From Octopus vulgaris (lineage: Eukaryota): a DNA stretch of 64,000 nt. The notes below the pieces were generated by a model. The model saw only the letters and a list, made by a program, of their open reading frames with translations. It was not told where the DNA came from and searched no databases. Both the position numbers and the translations under genes were made by a program. Where the stretch lies: positions 310,001-374,000 of the forward strand of contig OX597823.1 of NCBI GenBank assembly GCA_951406725.2. Direction: 5' to 3'. Below are positions 13,722 to 28,648 of the stretch, one piece after another. Numbering within the stretch: the first letter of the stretch is position 1; each line of letters begins with the position of its first letter.

Positions 13722-15746
13722 AGGCCATTCTTAAAAGTTGATAGTAAATCCTTTACATTTAAGGTCTCTGTATCTTTAAAAGTTCACCCAAATTCAAACC
13801 ATTTAAACACGATTCTTTGTAAATTTCCATATGTCATCAAAATCAAGGGATACTAACCAACAGGAAACAAGAATAGTGATTAAACTTAAAATGTTAGATA
13901 ACCTGTCTATCAAGAGTTACCGTATTTGCTGGTATCCTATAGATGCACTCTTGCATAAGACACCCCTATTTTACAAAACCATTTTGTGAAAGAAAAGGGA
14001 AAAAACCCCAAAGATTTACTGTTTCATCCAATACTTATTGAAAGATATTTTAAAGTTATTTTGTAAGGGAAAATAAATACGATTCTTTGCAATACTGTGA
14101 CAGTAAACTAGAATAAGGTATGACAGCATACATTTATCATATGTAAACTATGTTATTTGAGTATAATGTTTAAATTTAATCTTCTTTCAGATCAAGTGTT
14201 TAGTTGTTTATATTTGGGTCAAGATAATTGCCATACAGGATATAAAACTCAGATTTTTTGCTCTGATGTCTTATGTTAGCAGGATCAGTCACCAGGTTGG
14301 TTCACCACTGGCAATGCTCTTTTTTTGTTTTTGTTTTTGCTGTCATCCACTCATTGCTAATGGCTGACAGGTGTCTGAAGGCTTGTTAACACTCCCTTTA
14401 TCTTTCTAGAATTAAAAAAAAAAAGAAATGTTTCTTAAAGGTAAGACAGTCATCAAATATTGCAAAGCACATATCAGATGTGGATTATGTCTGCTGGGGA
14501 AGGCGGTATAATTAAATGATATACCATAAGCGATAATTTGTATGTTTGTGCTTACATAGTCTGTGATATATAGGTTTATTTTCAATAATTTATTATTTGT
14601 AACAATTATTGTGCTTCGTGGACTCGTGCTAATCCAGCTCCTTCCAACACTCGTTTTCTCATCCATAATATGGATGCAGAATAACATTTTGCTACATTTC
14701 AAAGTAAAGCAAAGCACATCTTAGATGCTGGCAAAAACATTTCTGGTAAAGAGTAACATTTGTCATGTCTAACTTGGAACTGATCCATGAATTATGTGAT
14801 TAAAATAAGCAATTTGCTAATTCGTTAGTGATGGACAAACCCAATCAGTTGGAGAGATTCTGGTTTTTGAGGAAAGTTTCTAATTTAGATGTTGTATTCA
14901 TGCTGAAGAAACTGATCGCTAAATTTTAAAGAGATTCTTAATTATATAATCTATACAACAATCCTTTAATCATCCACCTTCTAAATAATGCATGTAAGAT
15001 TTAATTAAATCAATTAAGTAGTACTGCAGTGAGGAGCAATCTGCCCTTATCCTTAAAGCTTAGATATTACCAACACTTAAAGAGACCATGCCTTCAGTTG
15101 AGATCTACAGTCCTGAGTTATAAATTATTCCCACTTAAATCAGTCCCAACTAACTTTATTTATAACTGACCCCTTATAATTAAAAGATAAGGAATCAAAA
15201 TGACAAAAGTAAGATTTAAAAAACAGAAATAAGACAAATGAAAACTGGAATGAAATAAAAAAAAAACCCAAAGAAATGATTTCACAATAAAATAAGATTA
15301 AAATTAACTGCAAGTCAAACTTTCCATTAAATAATAAATCGTTGCTAAAGAGAGAAAGGTTTCAGATTCTACAGTGCAATATCTCACTGTCTTTTATCTC
15401 AGTAGGGCTGGTCATTTAAAGATTTGTAATTGTTCAGTTATCCAGGACAGCCCTAAGCAATGAGATCAAAATGTGTTTTAGCCATGAACATTTTGTCTGT
15501 CTGTCTGTCTGTCTCTCTCTCTCCACAGATGTTCACTGTGTCCTTCCTTTTCAAAACAGTAGGATGTTATTTGAGAGATCAAACTATTATTTATAACAGG
15601 TCAGGTGACTACATATAGGTTTCCTTTGCTGGCTTAATGACTAGTTTAATATTGAGGTTGAATAAATTGACCTGACCAGGTGAAGAATTACAGGTATCAA
15701 TATATCTGCATAAACTGGTATATTACTTCTGAAATGTGCGCATGTA

Positions 15747-15777
<31 letters not shown>

Positions 15778-17298
15778 ATCTATCTATCTATCTATCTATA
15801 TATATATATACGAAAATTAATGAGAAATATGTTTGTGCCTAGCTTAATTAGAAAATTGCAGTATTCAAGCTTTTTGCAAACACCCAACTGATAGTAACCG
15901 AACTGAAAGAATTCCACTGACAATTGAAACTAAGCCCAGGCCTAGGCTTGACAACAAAAACAAAACTTATTGCCATGCAATAATACAAATTTACTTATGA
16001 ACTAAGCTTCTGAAGGGAAATAAGGTAAATTAGCTCCAACAATTAGGGATAATAATCAATTTCTGAAGGATGAAAGAGAATGTTGATATGGGTAAGATTT
16101 CTACTCTAACTTGACAAGGATGACATTAAACACGGTATTTTAATCTACTCTAGTAAAAGACCAAGTAGCTTGGTTGGTTCCATTACCAAATGTCTACCAA
16201 TAATGCTTTCTTACTTAGGCACACAGCTACAAATACATTACAGGAAGGAAATTAGATTCAGTGACATTCATGCCTTCGCAGAAAGCATGAAGGACTTAAG
16301 GGAACTGGTTTTGACTAGAAATTAAACCAGATTACATAATCAACAAGCTGCAAGTTCACTTCATCTCCATTAAATCTTTCACAGTGTATTTTTAAGCAAG
16401 ATTTAGTGAAATGAAAAAAATGAAAAGGGAAGCATTGTTTTATGCCTAGATATGGAGGAAAAGAAAAAATAAATTATTAGAAATAAGTAGCAAGAATAAA
16501 CTGCGGTTCAGTGCTTAAACTATTCCTCATTCTACAAATCCTGGATTACATGGCATATCATCTAGAAATGTTACCTGTGAAAGACTGATCCAGGTAGAGA
16601 TTTCTCTCATCTAACTGACACCAATTTCCAAAAGCCCCTACAATCAACAAAAATATAGACCTCTTCCTTAGATTTGTGTACCAGTCATTTACAACCAGGC
16701 TAGAAAAATGTGGGGAAAGATCATATGGATTTAGCACAATTAATTAAAATACTCAGAGAACTTTGAAAATGACCCTTCGTTTTACATCTGGCCAACAAGC
16801 CTACTTATATTACGATGAAGACATAGATATTTCTTGAAGATGTCTTCGTATTTATGGTACTTAATAAAACAAGTAACAATATTTATAGCAAGGATTTGAA
16901 GTAATCAATTATACACACACTGCTACTCGATTCCTAGATTACATAACATGGCTTGCTACCTAATTAATAAAGAAATTTATCAATAAAGAGTTCCCATGCA
17001 GTTTAGTACATGATTTATCTTGCCAGCCCATTCTACGATTCCTTCTCACTTCTCAGTACAACAGGAAGTGAGTGAAACCATTACCCACTTGCTTTATCAC
17101 TTTTTCATGTATTTATCTATATATTAAAAAACAAAACAGTAGATAAATTCAAAAACAGGGGTAGGGGTGGGGGGAAAAGCAAAAAACCTCTATATAACCC
17201 CTTTTAATACTAAATAATTTATAATGTTCATGTGGCTAATGAAGACAAGAGTCAGCGCTTGAAACCTGCTTTCACCTGTTTTGTGCTTGTTCAAGTCA

Positions 17299-17514
17299 TT
17301 GACCCTTTCATTACCGTATTTTTCTTTTTTTAGAGATGCTCTGTGTTTCTTTAAACTAATTTTAAATATAACAAAGAATTTAGTAAAATAGCTTCGTTAT
17401 CATAAACTGTGACTAAGGTTTGGTGGAAGATTTTAATTCAAAACTTATGAAATCACGACTTTTGTACTATAGAGCCAGAGGCAGTTTCAGCCAGGTTGAT
17501 ATTGGGAGGGTTAA
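17299..17514. mobile_element. piggyBac-like MITE (degenerate)
   Basis: Ends TTGA-CCCTTTCATTACC and GATATTGGGAGGG-TTAA. Confidence 0.5.
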
Positions 17515-18924
17515 TGTTATTCTGTTTGTGTTTAACTTAACTGGGGGGGGGGGCGATGATGACTGGGCAGGGATTTAACTGAAAGTAGAGGGGTTGGGGT
17601 AGGAAGAAACATTAAAAAACCCTCCAAATTTGTAAAATTCCTTTTTATAAAAAATGAATTTGAAAGTGAACAAAAATGAAAATAGAAAAATGATATGAAA
17701 ACCTACTTATTAATAGAATTAATGAGAAAAGAAGCAGGGAAACTATTTAAATAACATTGTAGAAGGGTGACTGAGATAGAAATGTTTGGGAGAGGAGGAA
17801 GCAATTATTTGATGAATTATTTCTATAATTCTTTGAGACAGGGAAGGGAGCAAGAGAGAATAAATAAGAAAAACCCTGCAAAATAAAAAGAAAATAAAAA
17901 TAATTATTTGCATGCATTGGACAACAATTTACTATGAAAAGGTGTGTTTAATAAAAAGAAGAAAAAACAAAAGGAAAATAATTGAATATAAAAACAAGCA
18001 ATGCACTTGGAAGATTGTTTGGGTGGTGGTGGTGGTGGTGGATTGTGGGGGAACGCAGCAGAGAGCTGAGGAAGATGTTCACTAAAGGTTCATAATAATG
18101 ATTTCTTTCTTGATTAGGCAGGCACAAAGCCATTTTGTAAAAAGAGAAACAATGTCGTCGAATGTTTCAGATTAGAGTATATTACTGGTATCAATTCTAT
18201 TGACACTGGAGATATTTAATGGCATCATTTGACATCAGAATTAGCAGACAACAGGTTAATAATCGGAAAACAGGTATTTAGCATTTGATAAGTTTAAGAA
18301 TTTGTATGTCTATGAGTTGTGCTTTTGTTGAGGTCGTAAAGAATGGTTGTAGACTTGACCAGGAGTAGTTATAATCACTATGTTACTTAATGGCAGGCCC
18401 AGTTGGAACTTTTTCGAGTCTGTCATTAAGAAAAATCTAACGCATCACACTATTCCAAGAAAATCCTCAAATTCAATGTGTCCACAGCTGTTCCAGTTTG
18501 CAATAAAGGGTCAGAAACAATCCAATCAGTGTCAATAAAACATTAGCCAGCAATAGTTTTTGAAACAATTTCATTGACTTGATCTACACAAGAAGAGTGA
18601 AAATATTTATGCCTGAGAAAGAAACCATTATTCATAGTCTAATTACCATGGTGACTAAATACCAGCGTGCTACTTTTATTCACCACAGTTTTAGTTTTCA
18701 TTAGTATCATCTTTCAGTGATCAGATGGTGTTGGTGTGTGGAGTTAGATGGACACAAGTCTACTGGTAAAAATATTCCATGATGCAACTAATACCAAGAT
18801 GTCAAGTATGTGGCTCTCTCTCTCTATATATATATATATATACTTTTTACATATATATATATACATATATATATATACACACACACACATACATTATATA
18901 TATATATATATGTGTGTATGTGTG

Positions 18925-18978
<54 letters not shown>

Positions 18979-19283
18979 CTTGCACACATCCATACATTAA
19001 ACATGTACATATGTTGTATAAATGAAAAGGAAAAAAAGGTGGTGAAACTCATGCATGATGTATGAAAAGGGTTGGAACCACTCAAACTCTTCAATATCTT
19101 TAACTTATGCAAGTGATGTCAGTATGTCATCATTAGTTTTGCTACGAAAGTCTAATGTGGGATCAGGGCTGATGGACAGCAATATGGCTGCTTAACAGTG
19201 ATTTGATTTCAATATGCTTTACATTTACTGATTCTATTGGAAAGGATCCGATTAGACATGGGCAGCTACTTTTAAAGCAGTGT

Positions 19284-19507
19284 TTAACCCTTTCATGTTC
19301 AGATTGCTCTGTCAAATGTAATGCTTATCTATTTAGATTGTTTTGAATTAATCATAGGATTATCTCATAGCTTTGAGATTTCTATGATGTGATTGTTTAT
19401 CTTTAGAACGATAGAATAGGTATGAGAGGCCAGATACAGCCAGTCTAGACATAAAACAGATAGAGTATCAGGGCCAGCTATGGCCAGTTGAAATGCTACG
19501 GGATTAG
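19284..19507. mobile_element. piggyBac-like MITE (degenerate)
   Basis: TTAA-CCCTTTCATGTTC left end; eroded GAAATGCTACGGGATTAG right end. Confidence 0.4.
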
Positions 19508-22500
19508 TGCTGTCTAGACATTAATTCATACACATGTGTGTATGTGTGTAGATGAGACTATTTGCATCATGTCTATATGTTAATGTATAAATGCGTGTGT
19601 GTACTTCCCTGTTTTTGGTTCCTCATTCTTCTTACTCTCCCAAGAACATTTGTGAGGAATTGTACATGGTGATTGTCATTTTAGGGTTGTGTAGCTGCTT
19701 CAGGTCTTCACTAACTTGCTGTTTCTGATGTCATGCAAGATTTACAGAACTGGTGCAGCAACAAGTTTCCAATATTCTAGTTTCTGTTTCGTCATTGAGA
19801 AAGGCGAAACCATTATTTATTGCAGAATATCTGAGATATGGCTGATTATGAAATTGTTGCTGTTTGCAGAGATTAGGATCAGAAATAAATTAGAAGAATA
19901 TTCACTTTTGTCAAGATAAATAGTTTATGCTAGCCTCACTGGCAAAGAGAAGACAAAAAATCAGAAAACCTACTACTATTGAAAAGTGGAACTCATTGTT
20001 GTATCTAAACGACAAGTAAAATGAAGGATGTTATATGTAATCTAGAACTGTGATGCTGGCATAGAACACAAAAGATCCTGTAACATATTGCTCTTGTGAT
20101 AGAGTAGAAGTAGGGAAGGATTAAAAAACTACCTGATGCCCTAAGTACAGCTCAACAATGGTGCCTCCTTGAATCTTCTACTGAATAACTGACAACACAT
20201 AAAGACATAAGCTTTGAATATAATAGAATTGATTAAAAATTCCATTTTCTTCCAGACCATCTCCCAAATCAGATGATATAACCATATCAAATACAAGCTG
20301 TTATTTTTATACTAAATAGCAGCACTAGAAAAATTTGTGTGGTGCCCTAAACATGTATTATTTGACGGTTAATCTGGCAGAGGGGTTTGTATGTTATGTT
20401 TTTAATACCAAATATGAATGTATAGTTTTTCCTTTCATACATGTAGACTTATTTGAAAGAGAGAGAAAGAGAGATAGAGAGAGAGGGTAGCGTCTGCTGA
20501 TGGTGGCAATGTTAAGATCATTGTTAGTCAATGGAACTAAATAACTACCAGGATTTATAAGAGAGTTCTTCGAATAGCTTTGGTGCGAAATGAAGCAGAA
20601 GCAAACTGATGCTATTTGTCTTCATCCAGTTTGGTGCCACAGATCATTTCAAATCTAACAGTTCAAATCCTAGCTGAGGTTAATTGCTTTAATTTTACAC
20701 TTCCAGGGAAGGACAAAACTAAATTCTTATACTGGAAAAGACTGATGCACAAACCTCTGACCTAAAGAGATGCCAAGTGTTGGAGTGGCAAGACGTTTCC
20801 ACACAAACATATCTCAAACCAGGTAGATTTTTTTCTTTTTATTGTATACTTGTCAGAAAGAAATGAAATCTCTAATTAGAAGTGGTGTGGATATTATTTT
20901 GCTTTGAAGGGTCACCTTTAGCTTTACATAATCAAGAGCACAATCCCCTGGCAGCTTATAGAACTCTTAAACAAGAAGCCCATAAGACAATGTGTGTGCA
21001 TATGTCTATTTACATAGACGAACACATGGAAGGTCTCTATATTGGTTGTTCTAAGTGTGATGCTTATAGTAAAAGCATGACTGGATGTGTAGGAAAGTGG
21101 ATAAATAACTTCACACTGAAGCAGAGAAGCAGGGTTTGTGACATGTTCAACTAATTTACACACTTCAGTGTCTGCGTAGTAGTTTGCTTTGCACTTAATG
21201 CATTTGACTTTGTCATTCATTGGGTGCATTGTATATGTGATGTGAATGTGAGTAGATTTAATTCAGGAGTTAATATATAGAAATATGAATGCAGAAATGC
21301 TAAATGTTTTGATAGGAATTTCTTTGGTTAACTGGGTAAGTGAGCCCCCTTCCTACACACACAGACACACACACACATGTAAAAGAGAGATACAGACTCT
21401 TACATAAACACACACTAAAACAGAACTCAGCTTTGCATATTTTATGAAACTAGTAAATTTATAATGTAATGGAGAGAGAATAAGAATGATACAAAATAAT
21501 TTGTTTATATTTTAGTTGCTTGTTTTGCAGGATTTGAAAAATTTGTTTTTCACAATTTGATTATGGTTCTTTAAAATCTGCCAGTTCTCGGTAAAAGTAG
21601 ATGTAAATACTCAGAGAAGTAGATTTATTAGAGATTTTAGTTGAAACAAATGATTGTCTTCCCTACATTTTGGCTATAAACTTTTTATTTCCTTATGTTT
21701 CAAAGCTAATGAAAATTTAAAACCCATTTTCTTTTTTTTTTATACATGCTATTTATAGTTTTACTTATAAAATTGTGTTAGCTGTGTGTCTAAGAGGAGA
21801 AATTGCTTTTGTGTCCTCTCTAGACTTCCCTGTCTTTGAAAGGTATTTAATGCATTGTTTTAGTTAATCAGAGTCTCTACTTTGTTTATATCCTAAAATA
21901 CCATCACTCTATTTAAACATGAAAATATATTGAAAAGCTCAAAAAAATCTAAAGATTGTTTCTGTATGGATATGTCTGTGTATGGGGATGGCTGTATGTG
22001 TGAGTTGTAATATTTCTGTTGCATGTAATTGTAACTGTTGCATAATGATGTTCATGTGAAATGGTTGTAATGTTTGTTGGTTGGGCAAGGAGCAGAAAAT
22101 AGGCATCTGAAAATCTTCAGGAAACGAACTAAAATGAAGGTCAACACAACAAATAGTCAAATATTCTAATCATAAAAGAATCAGAGGAAGAATTCTTGAC
22201 TATTTGAGAAAAGAAAGAAAAAAAAAACTCAAGGAAAAAAGAAAAGAAACAAAAATACAGTTAAAAATCTTTAAAGCTAACATTGGGTTGTAAAGGGTGA
22301 GGGCCATAGGAAGGATGAGGACAAAGATTTAATTTCTAGATCATTAAGCCAATTACTCTGTTATCATTTTTTTAAAAAACTTTTATAATTTGAAAGAAGA
22401 CTTTTTTTAAAAACTAATTTCTTAACAATTTGATTGAGTGGTGTAGCCATTAGGACACATTTTGGTCTACACAACAAGTGTTTCTAGAACATCAGGTGTG

Positions 22501-25500
22501 CTTTGATAGCTGTCTGCTACAGTGGAATAGTTTTGCAGCTACATGCAGTGAAATTACCCTTTCAATCTCTGCTTGCACAGCCATATGTGTTGTTGAGATC
22601 AGCCGGTGGCGTTTGTCTCAGGCTCCGAATTTCGCCTCAGTTTTTGCTTTGCCATTTTGTTCTTTTTGTGAATTTCTTTCAGGCTCTTTCTTTGTTTTTT
22701 TTTTATTTTTTTATTTTGTTTTCTTGATAGTCAACTCATCCACACATGAAGGAGGAACAGCATCGAGAAGAATCCCCAGAGCGTAGTGTTGGTAGCAGCG
22801 AATGCCGTCTTTGTCAAGATGGTAGAATGTCGCACACTCCTGTCTAGAGAAATCTTCATCCAGTCTCCCAAACAGAAAGAAATCTTCAACCAATCTCCCA
22901 TGCTTAAGATGGCCAGGCATGTCTACTCTTATGGCACAACAACATTGAGGAAAGAGAGAGAGAGAGAGAGAGAAAGAGAAAGAAAGAGAGAGAGAGAAAG
23001 GAAGTGTTGGGTGTGTATGTGTTAGTGACTGTCTAATTTTCCATAGTGCTCAATGAGAAATATCATGTGTATGTATGAAAGTGCATATATATGTAACTAT
23101 GAATGCGAGTGTGCATGTGTATTTCTGTGTAGTTCTATGTACAGTCTGACAGCTTCTGCCATGAAGAGGACTTAGCAGAACATCCCCAGCCAATCTAGAG
23201 TTAAAACACACACAACCATTCATACTCTGTCGGCTATTCAAAGTTAACTAAGCTTAATGTATAGGAAGAGCTCGTTCAAATGGAGCAATTTGTTGATATT
23301 TTTAATGAAGCTTCTGCTGTCCGGTTTAATATCAAAAGGATTTCTGAAATAAGCATTTTGCATTCAGTATGACCACTTCTTGTCAGCATATTTATCACAA
23401 AATGAATGGCAATCAAGAAAAGTGACAGATGTTGAATTTTATTGGTTTCCAAATCTTATGAAAAGTGTTTAATAATTGTTTGGATTAAGTTGATATGTAA
23501 TTGGTGATGGTTAACAAAGAATAACTAAACCTAACTTAAACTCTAATTTTGCTATGATGTAGAAGGTTTGATAGAAACTACTAATATCATTATTTTTTTT
23601 TAATATTAAAGAATAACAAAATAATTTACAATATAGAGAAATCCTCATATTGCAGGAGAAATAAATGATATTCTCTTGTTAAATAAAATTTGTTTAACAA
23701 ATAAATTCTAGAGGAATCTAAAAACCAATTTCTTATAAGGAGCCTGAATCATGAAAGATTTCAAAAAATGGTAGGTTTCAATAATAATATTTCTGCAGTG
23801 ACTTAGCAATAAAACCAGTGGCAACGGAATGAGCCAAAGGTAAGTTCAGTTTTGTGTAGAAATTAGCTGATGGAATTCTTTATCAGTTCAGCCACAACAA
23901 ACCATAAGAAAGTTCTACAGATTTTCACCAGACATTGTTTTTTGACATCAAAGCAACAACAACACTATTGCAAGAAACTAATGTGACTATCACGGCCAGA
24001 CAAGTTCAATCTAGCATTGTGCATTTATACACAAAATTCTAGTTGGCTGCTACTTCCACAACTAAAGAATTTTAGATAATTTTTTCTTTTCTTTTTTTTT
24101 TTTTTCAGACTGATAATTTTGTTAACATTTAGATAAATGTAATTGAGCATGACAATATTGAGCATAGGATATAATTAAATGGAATATTTTAAAATAAAAC
24201 AGTTACAAGTGATGCTGTTGTGTTCTATCAATCTAGTTTCATTCTCTGACTGTTCAGAATATTTTTTTACTGATTTAGAAAAATAAGCAAAATCCTAAAG
24301 GATCTGGCATTTTTCAGTAAAGTGTTCACATCTTTTGGTGAAGTGACTCAAAGTTTACCTGGATTTCAATAGCAAAGAATTCTTTGCTAGTTTTGTAAGT
24401 ATAAAACATTTTTCTTTTTTAATTCAAAAGCATTCATGTTTGAAAAAAATAAGGTAATATTATAGATTTAACACAACCATATTATATTTTTCTTTTAATT
24501 CTAAAGCTACATTAAACTTAAAAGAGACACGCATCTGTATTTGTGTGCATGCATATAAGCATGAATGTGTATGTGTGTGCGAACGTGCACGCGTGAGTGT
24601 GTGAGAGACAATTAGTTCAGCAAGCTGACATTTCTTACAAATTCTACTGATGACTGCTTTCACCATAAGAATGGACTGAGTTTTGATAATCTTGAACTAA
24701 GACCAATTGATAAAATTGGATATTTTGTGTGTGTGTGTGTGTGTTTCTATAAACCATAGGGAAGATGGTCTCCAGCTACTGTTTATATGCAAATCATCTG
24801 CAACTAAAAGTTACTGAACTATTGTTAGTAACATCAGTTAGATTGCTATTAAAATTTGGAGGATCAAAGCAAACATTGCCAGGAAGCTACGGTTAATGAT
24901 GTCTGTTGTTTTAGTTTTATAGAGAATAATTTCAACTTGAAACTAATTAAGTTCGAAACGCTGGTGATGTTGTGTCAAATGGTCAGAGTTATTGAAGAGT
25001 GAGTTTCATAACATGCAGTCGTAGCATTACCATGAAATGAAGGATATTTTATTTGGATGATGCATGTGTGTATGTCTGCTGTATGTGAACGATGTCTTGC
25101 ACGTGCTTGTGTGTCTGTCTGTGTGAAGGGAAGGGCTGTTCAGGGAGGAGGGGCAGTAGGAGGAGTAGGTCATGCCTTCCACTACTCAACAACATTTAGT
25201 TTCCTGTCAGGGTCTCTACACTAGTGCATTGAACTATGGTCCTACACAATCACACAAATTACACACACATCTGAGCAGCAGACCTGAAGATTTCGGAAGG
25301 ACTTTTCGGCATCCCATCAGTTCTGAATTCAAGAAAAGGGAAAGCTAATCAAATATTTCATTTGAATATAAAGGAATTGAGAAAAATAATTGCAAAAAAA
25401 CATGAGAAACAATGTGAAAAACTATTTAAAGTATGAAACATGAATCCATATCAATACAAACAAATTCTTCTTTGTTTAAATGAATCTTTTACTTGTTAAA

Positions 25501-25679
25501 ATAATTATTTAAAATTGAAACATGAAAAACAATTGTTGGACAATCAAGCTACTGAATGGACAATACAAGCAACTTTTCTGGTCCTTTCATAAAACCTGAT
25601 CCTTCCTTTTACTATGTGGGCCACTTCAATGTCGTCACTATGAGTTTTTTTTTCTTTTGTTAAAAAAACAATAACAATA

Positions 25680-26063
25680 ATGGTTTCAAATACTGGCACA
25701 AGGCCAGCAATTTCGGGGAAGGAGTAAGTCAATTATATTGACTCCAGTACTTATTTGATCAACCCCTCAGAGGATGAAAGGCAAAGTTGGCCTTGGAGTA
25801 ATTTGGAAAAACTTAATCTACTGCTTCTGCCATGACCATTACATCAATAATAAGCCTTTTTACTACAAGCACAGGGCCTGAAATTTTGGAAGAAGAGTTA
25901 AGTTGATTACATCAACCCCAAGTACTCAACTGGTACTTAATTTATCGATCTCAAAGGATGAAAGGCAAAGTTGACCTCAGTGGCATGAACTCAGAATGTA
26001 ATGACAGACGAAATACCACTAAACATTTTGCCCAGTGTGCTGATGATTCTGCCAGCTTGCTGT
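25680..26063 (-). mobile_element. two tandem Meta-like SINE copies
   Basis: Two GGATGAAAGGCAAAGTTG cores; the SINE head is at ~26045-26063. Confidence 0.75.
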
Positions 26064-26159
26064 TTTTAAAAAAGGAAACTGGACTTGTCCTATAATAATA
26101 ATAATAATAATAGTAATAATAATAATAACAATAATCTTTTCTACAAAAGGCACATATTT

Positions 26160-27121
26160 GCTACAGCAAATATTCTGCTCAATATCACAGATTTGCTTGT
26201 CAGTTGTTTGACCTTAACCAGTTGACTATGTCCCTTAGTGACTGATGATATGTACTTCTCTGATCACAAGCAGAAGTGTTGGGGGAGCACTTAAGCTGTG
26301 TGTTGAGAGGGATTCTTTGGGGTTTGAATAATTCACCTTTGGAAACATGGGTGTTTAATTTATCATCCTTAAACAGACCTTATTCAGGGACCTTTTGAGA
26401 GGGATGGCAACTAAACCTGAAAAAGTTCTAACTAGGCCGCACCTGCGAGGTCATGCACTGTTTGTCTTGATATAAGGTCACCATGTTGCACACATGTGGT
26501 TGTGATGCATGTGCCTGGTGTACCATTATCAGACAGGTAGTCATGATGGATATATTGGGCTTCATATATTTGTACCCCAGTGTCACTTTGATGGCATATG
26601 TTGCTCTCTCATCACTCAATAATAATAATGCCCTGATGCAGTACTAGACAGTGGCTCTCATGATCCCAACTGATTGAAAGTGTTATCATGTACATTGTTT
26701 TGTCTTGGTGTAAAAGATGGGCTACAGCAAATATTGTGTTCAACACCACAGATTTGCTTGTCAGTGGTTTGACCGTAACCAGCTGAGCTGACAATGTCTC
26801 TCTGATGAAGAGCAAAAGTAGTAGGTGAGCATCATATCATGTGCTGAGAGGAAATCTTTGAAATTTGAATAATTTACCTTTGCAAACATAGGTGTTTTGG
26901 TCATCATCTTTAAACAACTCTTATTCAGGGACCTTTTGAGCAGGATGGGCTACTCAACCTGAGGAACATACTGTGTCCCACTTGCAAGGTCATGTGCTGT
27001 TATCTTGACATGAGATCACTACGTCACACATTATATGGTTGTGGTACATGTGCCTGGTGTAACCTTATCAGACAGGTGTACCCCAGTGTCACTTTGAAGG
27101 CATGCACCACTCTCTCACTCA
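26160..27121. mobile_element. two head-to-tail copies of the ~500-bp (AAT)n-associated element
   Basis: Copies separated by (AAT)4 at ~26618-26629; homologous to 9235-9735. Confidence 0.8.
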
Positions 27122-27732
27122 ATAATAATAATTGCAAATTTTTACTTTATTGAAACAAATAGAGTGAAAGGCTCTTATATTTTCTCAGTTAAAAATGGTC
27201 AGTTTGATTTCCAAAGAAAAAGTTAAAGTGGGATTAATCTAAGATAATTCCAGAGAGATGTTGAAAGAAGGAATTTGAATCCTGCACCATTTACTTGAAG
27301 ACTTCTGCTTGTTACAATTGTCCATTATGAATTCTTGCTGTCGAATTGATATTTTACTGATCATTTTCAAAATAAAAGTACTTTGAAGAAACATGGCTTG
27401 AAGGAACATCTAAATAAAAGTTCCAAGCCTATTTCCCTTGAGCCATTTTGTGGAAATTTGTGATGTATTAAAATATAAGTAAAGCAGTTTTGATATGATG
27501 GACGTAGTAAATATAAAACAATCATTAACATATCCTAATTAAGAAGTGTAGTATGACTGAGCAGTGAATACCGCTTACCACTAAAACAATACAATATAGC
27601 AGGAAAATTTATACAATTAACAGCCAAAATCTTTGTTGCTTGTCAACAACATGGAATTTTAATTCCAAAGAGAGAGCATTTACAGGGTTGTTCAACCTGC
27701 TAGACATAGTAGCCATATTTGAAAAATAGGGG

Positions 27733-27763
<31 letters not shown>

Positions 27764-28000
27764 TGTGTGTTCTAGCTTTAAACTCACTAGTGGAACACAA
27801 GTGACGCCCTCTTCTTTCACCTCATTTGTATTACCTAACCTTCAATATGCTAAATTCCAAATTTTACATTCCTAACGTAAAATACTGTAGCTTGGTTGTA
27901 GCAATTCAATTGTCCATATTTCAAACTTCACACAAAATATTAACAAATGTTTTTAATTATTTTTGCACAAAATATTTTCAGAGGAAAATAAACACAATGA

Positions 28001-28045
<45 letters not shown>

Positions 28046-28407
28046 AAACAATACTTCCATTTAAAGTTTAAAATCATTGCAAACTTTGAATGTATTATTA
28101 TTTCTATATTTTTTCTTCTCTATGGTACAACACACAGGTACAATAAAGTCACAGTCAACAACAAAACTACCTGTAGATTTGTCACAACAAAAAAATACAA
28201 AAAGTGATAGTTATAAAATAAAGTTAGAATTGCTTGATGGTGAAGATTACTAGAAAAATAAGCTAAGGACCAAACTGGCAAATAAGAAAACAAGGCAAAC
28301 ATTAGAACTGAGATTTTTATCAACAGAATTCCTAACACAGATTTTTTTTATGGGTAAGTAAGTTTATTCCACACACTAAAGATGATGCATTAAAATTTAT
28401 TTTTGCA

Positions 28408-28648
28408 TTAACCCTTTGTCTGTCCAAAGCATTTTCATAAGTTTATCCTAAACATCCATACTTGTTTCCAGATTTTTAGTTGGCCCTTGTTTCATACATT
28501 CTGAGTAATAAAAGGCTTTCCTTTCATAAGTCTCAAGTTAACCCTGGTGGCTGAAAAAAATATTGGGAATGTGCATCATATATGATGCTTACACGCCAGA
28601 GAAATATGTCCTGTATATGACATATACACAGGACAGGCAAATGGATAA
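28408..28648. mobile_element. piggyBac-like MITE
   Basis: TTAA-CCCTTTGTCTGTCC ... GGACAGGCAAATGG-ATAA imperfect TIRs. Confidence 0.55.

Noticed and set aside
13918-13980. TACCGTATTT...ATAAGACACCC, resembling a pogo/Tc2 TIR
   Set aside because: No matching opposite TIR or clear transposase found.
14188-14200. AGATCAAGTGT, resembling U2 snRNA
   Set aside because: Only 11 nt, with no flanking similarity.
25280-25325. CTGAAGA, CTGATGG and CGAAA motifs
   Set aside because: No consistent stems I-III.
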